The notes under the pieces were generated by a model. That model was not told where the DNA came from and did not search any database. It saw nothing but the letters and a program-made list of their open reading frames with translations. The position numbers and the translations under genes were made by a program. From Microcystis aeruginosa NIES-2549 (GTDB taxonomy: Bacteria; Cyanobacteriota; Cyanobacteriia; Cyanobacteriales; Microcystaceae), in contig NZ_CP011304.1 of NCBI RefSeq assembly GCF_000981785.2, positions 1,950,001 to 1,982,000 on the forward strand: DNA of 32,000 nucleotides. The letters run 5' to 3'. Of the stretch, positions 26,068-32,000 are shown in pieces. Each line of letters starts with the position of its first letter. Position 1 is the stretch's first letter.

Positions 26068-26259
26068 ATGAGACTGGTTATTTTTATCTTAATAATTTTT
26101 TACGGTGTCGGTGGTTGGAAATTCTGGAATGGATACAGAAGCACTAATTTTAGTTCCAGTTTACCCAATCGTTTAGCTCTAACACTGTTCTGGCCGCTTC
26201 TGTTGGCTGTTAATCCCGCCTACCGCAAGAATTTTCAAAAAGCCCTCAAGGGCAAATAA
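26068..26259 (+). CDS. Small membrane protein (hypothetical)
   Basis: 63 aa with two hydrophobic segments (LVIFILIIFYGVGGW and LALTLFWPLLLAV). It is the only ORF in this intergenic space. Confidence 0.4.
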   Translation: MRLVIFILIIFYGVGGWKFWNGYRSTNFSSSLPNRLALTLFWPLLLAVNPAYRKNFQKALKGK

Positions 26260-26426
26260 AATTAACATACTGCCAAGGTTGCGGCCATAAAAAAGAAAGG
26301 GGGTGGGTATCGAAGCGTTTTCTGCTGGATTAGTCGAGATTACCCCCCCCCAAAAAAAACCCTTAAATAATCCATGGTGATCAGCAATTTAGCTGTGGAT
26401 GGCTTATCATGGTTAGGGAAAAAATT

Positions 26427-26500
26427 GGGGTCGTAGCTCAGTTGGATAGAGCGAGTGCCTCCTAAGCACTAGGCCGCCGGTTCGATCCCGGCCGATCCCG
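26427..26500 (+). tRNA. tRNA-Arg (anticodon CCU)
   Basis: Acceptor GGGGTCG/CGATCCC, D arm GCTC-AGTTGGATA-GAGC, anticodon arm AGTGC-CTCCTAA-GCACT, T arm GCCGG-TTCGATC-CCGGC. Followed by TTTTT. Confidence 0.9.
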
Positions 26501-26507
26501 CCTTTTT

Positions 26508-26531
26508 CAGTGATCAGTGATCAGTAAACAG
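26508..26531. repeat. Short heptamer array (CAGTGAT CAGTGAT CAGTAAA CAG)
   Basis: Direct reading. It is the reverse complement of the array type at 31..71 and 27353..27415. Confidence 0.75.
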
Positions 26532-26555
26532 CGAAAAGATGCTGGGAAACTGCTA

Positions 26556-26763
26556 TTTAGGGCTGGCTGAATAATGATAAAAACCTTGTTGGGTAAGACT
26601 TTTAGACTTTTTGTCAATCAAAAAGTACCAGGCATGGGAGTGATGAGGGGGAAAATTGAGGCACTTTTTCCCTGAAAATGAGGTAATTGGCCACCTCAAA
26701 ACCGCTAAAACCCCACACCCCACACCCTGTCCCCACGAAAAACTTTTTCAGCAGACCCTAATT
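26556..26763. mobile_element. MITE-like element, copy B (~208 bp) with terminal inverted repeats
   Basis: Left end TTTAGGGCTGGCTGAA. The right end reads AATTAGGGTCTGCTGAA on the opposite strand. It aligns with copy A with indels. Confidence 0.75.
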
Positions 26764-26799
26764 AAGCCCGTAGGCACGGCTACGGGCAACTTCTAGAGG

Positions 26800-27075
26800 T
26801 TAGGCTTGATCGCTTCTGTTTTCGTTAATCTGTCGGATGATTTCAATCATTTGAGCGTGTCGATCATCCATTCTCTCTAGATGCCGGTAAAAATCGGCTT
26901 GAGTCTCATAAAAATCTGATTGTGCGCTTGCTATTCGAGCTAGGTAATCGTAAAGCCCTTTTTTCTCCTGTTTCCGTTCCTCGCGGTCACTAGCGACGGC
27001 ATCGGCTAGGGCTTGAATAGCGCGAGCGTTCGATTCCACTATTTTCTCGATCCGCTCTAATCTGTCTTCTGACAT
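26800..27075 (-). CDS. Coiled-coil hypothetical protein
   Basis: 91 aa, charged and helical (RLERIEKIVESNARAIQALADAV). ATG start. No competing frame. Confidence 0.55.
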   Translation of the reverse strand: MSEDRLERIEKIVESNARAIQALADAVASDREERKQEKKGLYDYLARIASAQSDFYETQADFYRHLERMDDRHAQMIEIIRQINENRSDQA

Positions 27076-27352
27076 TTTGGTAAACTCCTAATATACTAAT
27101 TCTTCTCCCCCACCGATGCCCGTCGGATGGGGGAATAACTTTAATTATGGGCTTTTCGATGCCAACGCTGATCCGATTCCCTAAATTCCCCCTGTAATGC
27201 GATCTCATCAGGAGTCTTAATCTTTACTGACTATTACCAAGTCATACTAAATCCGTTGAGTATAGGCTATATATCAGGACGGGAAAAAGGCACTCATGCA
27301 AGAGGCAAAAGGGGGAATAAATAATCAGTTTTTAATAACTGGATTTAGTATC

Positions 27353-27415
27353 ACTCAAAACTCAAAACTTAAAACTGATAACTGATAACTGATCACTGAT
27401 CACTGATAACTGACA
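27353..27415. repeat. Heptanucleotide tandem array, 9 units (ACTCAAA x2, ACTTAAA, ACTGATA/ACTGATC x5, ACTGACA)
   Basis: Direct reading. It ends 1 nt from the stop codon of the minus-strand RDD gene. Confidence 0.9.
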
Positions 27416-27416
27416 T

Positions 27417-27965
27417 TTATCTTCTCATTCTGCCCTTAACTTGATACCAAAGCCTTCTTAAACGTAGATCGAGAGAAAAACCTCGACGGGTGGGAATAAC
27501 AATCGTGCCACCGATGCGATCGTGGAAAGCTTGGTTAAATCGATCATCACCGATCGCCATACCACAATCGGCGAAAAGGGGCGAAGATAATAAAATCAAA
27601 CTTAAAGGATTGCCAAAAAAAGTATTTAACCCTAGCATCATTAAAGCTGCCCCGCCACCAGCGATCGCCTCTCGTTTGCTTAACTCCAAAATTCCGGGTA
27701 AACGCTGAAGTCGTAGATCGATGATCTTCATATCCAAGGCCCAACGTCCTAAACTCTGACCCTGATTCTGCGCCACCAATAACACCCGCAAACACCACCA
27801 AATCAGGAGAAAAAGGAAAAATTGCAGTACAGGCGCACTATTAGCAAAGGAGCTTAAAAACCAGATCGAGGCAAAGTCGATCAGGAAAGCATAGGCCCGA
27901 CGATCTAAGGGAATTTTCGGAAATTTTTGCGGTAGATTATCTTCAGGCGGGATGGGGTAAACCAT
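27417..27965 (-). CDS. RDD-family membrane protein
   Basis: 182 aa. DRRAYAFLIDFASIWFL, hydrophobic segments, and a C-terminal FHDRIGGTIVI. Confidence 0.7.
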   Translation of the reverse strand: MVYPIPPEDNLPQKFPKIPLDRRAYAFLIDFASIWFLSSFANSAPVLQFFLFLLIWWCLRVLLVAQNQGQSLGRWALDMKIIDLRLQRLPGILELSKREAIAGGGAALMMLGLNTFFGNPLSLILLSSPLFADCGMAIGDDRFNQAFHDRIGGTIVIPTRRGFSLDLRLRRLWYQVKGRMRR

Positions 27966-28196
27966 AAACTAAATTCTCGGAAAAATCCTGCGGTTTATCT
28001 TCTACTCTAATCGGGAAATTGGCAATTCTAGGGTAGTTGTCCCTTGTCTTTTTTCTCCCCCTGTCTCGGAGTCTTCTGTCTGGGAGTCTGCTTACCTAAC
28101 CGAAGATTTTTGATTTTTGCAGGAGATATAATTATTAATCGACTCGGAGATCTAGGCTACCATTGAGCAAAGGTAGCCCAGAATACAGGGATAATC

Positions 28197-28556
28197 ATGG
28201 AGCAAGATTCATTAACAACGGAGGTTATTCTAACCCATCCACGGCAAAGTTTGGGAGAGATCCAACTGGATTGGATGCCACAACCGGGTAATTATTTGGC
28301 CTTAAAAGGACAAACCTATGCGGTTTTGGAACGTCACCACCAGTATCAATACAAGATTGGTGGCTATTGTTTACGCAAAATTTCCCTTTATGTACAAACT
28401 GCTCCCACCCCTAACGAAAAAAGTTTGATTGAAGGACGTTGGGTGATGGGGGATGCTAGTTGTCGTTTTAACGCCAGATCCGAACTGTTACGCTGTGCGA
28501 TTAACCCCCCAGGTCCCTGTCAAGATTGTCGTTTTTACGAAACTATTAAGCCTTAA
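28197..28556 (+). CDS. Cys-rich conserved cyanobacterial protein (DUF6464-like)
   Basis: 119 aa. The C-terminal [31 protein letters not shown] matches my memory of DUF6464. Confidence 0.55.
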   Translation: MEQDSLTTEVILTHPRQSLGEIQLDWMPQPGNYLALKGQTYAVLERHHQYQYKIGGYCLRKISLYVQTAPTPNEKSLIEGRWVMGDASCRFNARSELLRCAINPPGPCQDCRFYETIKP

Positions 28557-28623
28557 AAGAGCCTTTTTCGGCAACAATCTGGCTATTTTTCCCCTAGCTG
28601 ACTGCTATATTGACAAATCGCCT

Positions 28624-29781
28624 ATGAATCATCCTTATTCTTGGATCGAGGACAGCTTAAAAACCCTCCATCGGGCCAATTGGTATCGAAGGGTTAAAAC
28701 CATTCAAGGCCGGGGCGGAGCCGTTATAGAATTAGAGGGTCGATCGCTGATTAATTTTGCCAGTAATGATTATCTGGGATTAGCAGCCGATGAAAGAATG
28801 ATCGCGGCAGCCATAGCAGCAACACAACGCTATGGAACTGGAAGCACCGGCTCGCGTCTATTAAGTGGACACCGAGATCTTCATCGAGACTTAGAATTAG
28901 CGATCGCATCCTTTAAAAATAGCGAAGACGCGATCGTTTTTAGTTCGGGATATTTAGCCAATTTGGGGACAATTACCTGTTTAGTGGGGCAGAAAGACCT
29001 GATTTTAGGCGATCAATACAATCACTCTAGCCTCAAAAATGGAGCCAAGTTAAGCGGTGCCACGGTGAAAGAATACCGGCACAATAGTCTCGAAGACTTA
29101 GAAAATCAGTTATTAGCCCACCGTCATCACTATCGTCATTGTTTACTGCTCACTGATACAGTGTTTAGTATGGATGGGGATATCTGTCCCCTAGCGGGAA
29201 TTCTCGCTCTAGCCGAGATTTATAATTGCATGGTTTTGGTGGATGAGGCCCACGCTACCGGGGTTATGGGGGAAAATGGCACAGGTTGCGTGGAATATTG
29301 TGGTTGTCAAGGACGGGAATTAATTCAGATGGGGACCCTGAGTAAAGCTTTGGGCAGTTTAGGGGGATATGTGACCGGAAACGCCAAAATTATCGATTTT
29401 ATCCGCAATCGCGCCGCCACCTGGATTTATACTACCGGTTTATCCCCCGCCGACACCGCCGCCGCTAGAATGGCTTTAGAGATTATTCGTCTGGAACCGG
29501 AACGTCGCCAACGCCTACACCAAAATATTAATTTTGTCAAGAGTAAATTAAATAATCTTAATATATTGCCTTCGGAAGCGGCGATTTTATGTTTACCGGT
29601 AGCCAATCCGGGTCAAGCCCTAGAATTATCACAAAAACTGCTAGAAAAAGGGATTTTTGCCCCCGCAATTCGTCCTCCTACCGTTCCCACCAGTCGTCTG
29701 CGGTTTACTGCCATGGCCACCCATAGCCGCGCCCATCTAGAGGTTCTTGTCCAGTCTATTGGCGAATCTTTGCCCATATAG
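28624..29781 (+). CDS. bioF: 8-amino-7-oxononanoate synthase
   Basis: PLP-dependent alpha-oxoamine synthase pattern: [17 protein letters not shown], and the PLP Lys in [12 protein letters not shown]. Starting at the ATG at 28624 ([12 protein letters not shown]) removes the overlap with the upstream gene. Confidence 0.85.
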   Translation: MNHPYSWIEDSLKTLHRANWYRRVKTIQGRGGAVIELEGRSLINFASNDYLGLAADERMIAAAIAATQRYGTGSTGSRLLSGHRDLHRDLELAIASFKNSEDAIVFSSGYLANLGTITCLVGQKDLILGDQYNHSSLKNGAKLSGATVKEYRHNSLEDLENQLLAHRHHYRHCLLLTDTVFSMDGDICPLAGILALAEIYNCMVLVDEAHATGVMGENGTGCVEYCGCQGRELIQMGTLSKALGSLGGYVTGNAKIIDFIRNRAATWIYTTGLSPADTAAARMALEIIRLEPERRQRLHQNINFVKSKLNNLNILPSEAAILCLPVANPGQALELSQKLLEKGIFAPAIRPPTVPTSRLRFTAMATHSRAHLEVLVQSIGESLPI

Positions 29782-29782
29782 G

Positions 29783-29813
29783 GAAAAAGTTTTTGGTGGG
29801 AGCAGGGTATGGG
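29783..29813. repeat. Fragment of the MITE family (inner part of one end, inverted)
   Basis: gaaaaagtttttggtgggagcagggtatggg matches the reverse complement of 26727..26758 (gaaaaagtttttcgtggggacagggtgtgggg) at most positions. The TIR itself is missing. Confidence 0.55.
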
Positions 29814-29835
29814 AACGGCTTATGCTGCGGCAGGT

Positions 29836-29883
29836 TTAGGGACTCTTGAAAGGATTGACAATTTTCAGCCCATCAATGTCTGA
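29836..29883 (-). pseudogene. vapC: Possible C-terminal remnant of the interrupted vapC/PIN gene
   Basis: My own translation gives ..SDIDGLKIVNPFKSP*, a typical VapC C-terminal ending. It lies immediately outside the tnpB stop. Confidence 0.3.
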
Positions 29884-29890
29884 ATAGTTA

Positions 29891-31132
29891 CTAATTCTGT
29901 ACGCAAATATTGCATCTAGAATTAGCTTTGTACGCTTTGACCCGTACTGGGTTAACTACGAACCTCTCTATCGGATTCCCGCTAAAGGCGGCCTCTCCGA
30001 CTACCTTTCTTCCAATATTTAAGGAACCATTAATATCTGCTCCATAGAAATAACCCGACGAGCTTCTGAATAGTCCTCTTTTAATTCTCTTGCCTAAATA
30101 GCTTTTTTGCTTTTGAATAGACTCTAAGTCTAAGAAACTACATTTAGAGGTATAGCTTTCATTAGTTGTTTTGACCTCTATTCCTACTAAATTTGCTTTA
30201 TAGGTAAGTTGTTCGATAAACCTTGAATGAGGAATATTTACGAATGACTGGTTATTTCTATCTCCAATATTAATGTTTTGTTTCCAGCCTTGATTATGAC
30301 CAATAACTAAAAGGTTAATTTGATGAGCTAGTAATTTATCAATAATATATTTACTAGCGGTGTGGAGGTAATAATCCACCTGGCAATTACGCTTTAAAGT
30401 TAAACCTTGTATTCTTTTACTGGTCTTCTGTAGACTGGGTAATTCCGATTTGAGTTTAGCTAGTGTCTTGTTGTACTTTTGATTGCAGGATTTTAAGGCT
30501 TTTCCACATACTAAAGTTGGCTGAAATTCGGGAATATTAGAGGTAACAGCAGCTAGGTTATTTAAGCCTAAATCGATAAAAGCATATCTTTCTCCCTCTT
30601 GACTTGATGAGGATGGTTGTTCATAGACAATCTCTAAACAATAAGCACCCAATTTAGGAATAATCCTGACCTCTAAGACTTCCTTTAAATTAGTTTTAAA
30701 TTCTAAATTAGTCCCTGATAGCTTGATTAAACCTTGCTTCAACGCTTTTTTAGAAATGGCTTGATAGTTATAAGTTAAAACGTTTCTACCTTTTTCCTTG
30801 TCTTTGTATCTTGGCAACTTAGGCTCTCCTGTAAATTTATCTGGCGATTTTTTGTATTGTTCTTTCGCTTTTTGGTAGGATTTAAAGGTTTTTTCTACTT
30901 GCTTTAATACTAACTGACTTACTTTGGCGGGTAAGGCTTGATAATCTGGACTCATTTTTAAGGCATGATGTAACTCAGTCATTGTTAAAAATGGTTGATG
31001 TGAAAAGAAAACTTGACGGTTTAAATAAACAGCACAATTATACAGATTCTTCGATAAAAATCCTAATTTATCAATTACTGAATAATTTTTGTGATTAAAT
31101 TTAATTAGATGTTTTTGAACTAATTTCATCAT
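29891..31132 (-). CDS. tnpB: TnpB (OrfB) RNA-guided nuclease-family protein
   Basis: RuvC-like residues sit in FIDLGLNNLAA, TNESYTSKCS and GADINGSLNI. I use the ATG at 31132, because the track start at 31141 is TTG. It overlaps tnpA by about 30 nt. Confidence 0.9.
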   Translation of the reverse strand: MMKLVQKHLIKFNHKNYSVIDKLGFLSKNLYNCAVYLNRQVFFSHQPFLTMTELHHALKMSPDYQALPAKVSQLVLKQVEKTFKSYQKAKEQYKKSPDKFTGEPKLPRYKDKEKGRNVLTYNYQAISKKALKQGLIKLSGTNLEFKTNLKEVLEVRIIPKLGAYCLEIVYEQPSSSSQEGERYAFIDLGLNNLAAVTSNIPEFQPTLVCGKALKSCNQKYNKTLAKLKSELPSLQKTSKRIQGLTLKRNCQVDYYLHTASKYIIDKLLAHQINLLVIGHNQGWKQNINIGDRNNQSFVNIPHSRFIEQLTYKANLVGIEVKTTNESYTSKCSFLDLESIQKQKSYLGKRIKRGLFRSSSGYFYGADINGSLNIGRKVVGEAAFSGNPIERFVVNPVRVKAYKANSRCNICVQN

Positions 31133-31637
31133 TCTCCTCAAGGCATTTAATTAAACATTCTGTCTTTCTATTTCGTTGTCTTAATGAGTATAATCGAGCG
31201 CAAAATGAGGTAATTATGCTCACGAAGTCTTGCCTTAAATCGTCTTTTCTTTCTTCTGCTAGATTAACGACCTCTATATCTCTATTTGTTTGACTTAAAA
31301 GAACTTTCAGATAATTAAACCCTACTCTGCTTAAACGATCTTTATGTTCTACGACAATCAAATTATCATCAGTTTGTTCTAGAAGTTTTAATAATAGCTT
31401 TCGATGATCATTGACTCCACTTCCTACTTCTTTAACTACTCGAACAATTTGATAGCCTTTCGCAATACAATAAGCTTCCAATCTTTTTGCCTGAGTCTCT
31501 AAGTTAGATTGATTTTCTGAACTAGAAACTCGCGCATAAATAGCTACTTTATTTTCACCGCAAGAACGGTCATCTTCAAAAATAATAATTGTTCCTGTAG
31601 GAAGACGTTCTCCTTGTAACTGCCCTCGATTCCACAT
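31101..31637 (-). CDS. tnpA: IS607-family serine recombinase TnpA
   Basis: Catalytic motif VAIYARVSSSENQ. An in-frame MerR-like HTH segment (IKLSDYAKKKGISYDTAWR) continues upstream to 31694 but has ATA where an ATG is expected. Confidence 0.85.
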   Translation of the reverse strand: MWNRGQLQGERLPTGTIIIFEDDRSCGENKVAIYARVSSSENQSNLETQAKRLEAYCIAKGYQIVRVVKEVGSGVNDHRKLLLKLLEQTDDNLIVVEHKDRLSRVGFNYLKVLLSQTNRDIEVVNLAEERKDDLRQDFVSIITSFCARLYSLRQRNRKTECLIKCLEENDEISSKTSN

Positions 31638-31760
31638 TCTCCAAGCAGTGTCATAACTGATCCCTTTTTTCTTAGCATAATCTGATAGTTTTATATGAAC
31701 TGCAATGTAAACTTGTACTAACCATATTAGCAGTTGTTTGCAGTTATTTGCATATATTTT

Positions 31761-31943
31761 TTATAAAACTTTACAATACCCAAATGGCTCAAGTTTGCGG
31801 CTTGCCGCTAAATATTCGCAGGCAACCTGCCAAATTAAAACTCCCTCTGTCAGATTAGCTACTAGAGAAGCTGCGATTGCCTGCTTACTAGGATAACGCG
31901 AATCATTGACGTAAATTAAAACATTTGTGTCAACGGCGTTCAT
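31761..31943 (-). pseudogene. vapC: vapC (PIN-domain toxin) N-terminal fragment interrupted by IS607
   Basis: MNAVDTNVLIYVND is a PIN N-terminal signature. The frame ends after about 60 codons exactly where the AT-rich IS begins. Confidence 0.6.
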
Positions 31944-32000
31944 GCAACATATCTCTAGTAAACTGGGGAGCATCAGAGGGAATGGGGTTTTGTTGCATTC

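Larger units (their letters stand above)
29884..31760 (-). mobile_element. IS607-family insertion sequence (tnpA serine recombinase + tnpB); ends approximate
   Basis: The two overlapping genes have the typical IS607 arrangement. The element is AT-rich and HIP1-free and is flanked by PIN-gene pieces. Subterminal direct repeats GCAGTTGTTT/GCAGTTATTT lie at 31730..31752. Confidence 0.65.

Noticed and set aside
28453-28623. 57-codon N-terminal extension of bioF overlapping the DUF6464-like gene
   Set aside because: The extension has no BioF-like sequence. The ATG at 28624 gives the expected N-terminus and removes the overlap.
29840-29856. Similarity of gtttagggactcttgaa to the MITE terminal repeat (tttagggctggctgaa)
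   Set aside because: Only about 11 of 17 positions match. The same bases read sensibly as the PIN C-terminal remnant on the other strand.

Overview
The window looks like a cyanobacterial chromosome segment, probably Microcystis-like. That assignment is inference from three things: 11 HIP1 GCGATCGC palindromes found by eye, heptanucleotide STRR-like arrays, and gene content (GUN4, pentapeptide-repeat and ArgZ-type genes).

Core housekeeping genes:
- A STAS / mini-RNase III / rlmB cluster, and carA.
- trhO followed by tRNA-Ala(UGC).
- argZ/agrE-type arginine dihydrolase.
- Sulfiredoxin, an M28 peptidase, a flavin amine oxidase and a large ManC/PMM-like gene.
- tRNA-Arg(CCU) and bioF.

Two accessory regions stand out:
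1. About 9.8-15.65 kb, immediately 3' of tRNA-Ala. This is a low-GC, HIP1-free island. It carries a tnpB fragment, a solitary m5C DNA methyltransferase, a DUF6883/DUF4926 pair plus a DUF4926 remnant, small TA-like ORFs with a PIN remnant, and an IS200-like/RAYT Y1 transposase. It also holds the most interesting locus: a small trypco2-like protein translationally coupled to an orthocaspase-TPR-GUN4 fusion.
2. 29.9-31.8 kb. An IS607-family element (serine recombinase tnpA plus tnpB) is inserted into a vapC/PIN gene.

Other notable items are a zinc-ribbon Ser/Thr kinase fused to an RDD membrane domain, sitting beside a tail-anchored protein built from five 33-bp repeats. There is also a ~170-210 bp MITE family with TIRs (two copies plus a fragment), and heptamer arrays abutting gene 3' ends.

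Several ORF-track starts are TTG or GTG. I moved them to a nearby in-frame ATG where the protein N-terminus supports it. All family assignments come from motif recognition by eye. No searches were run.
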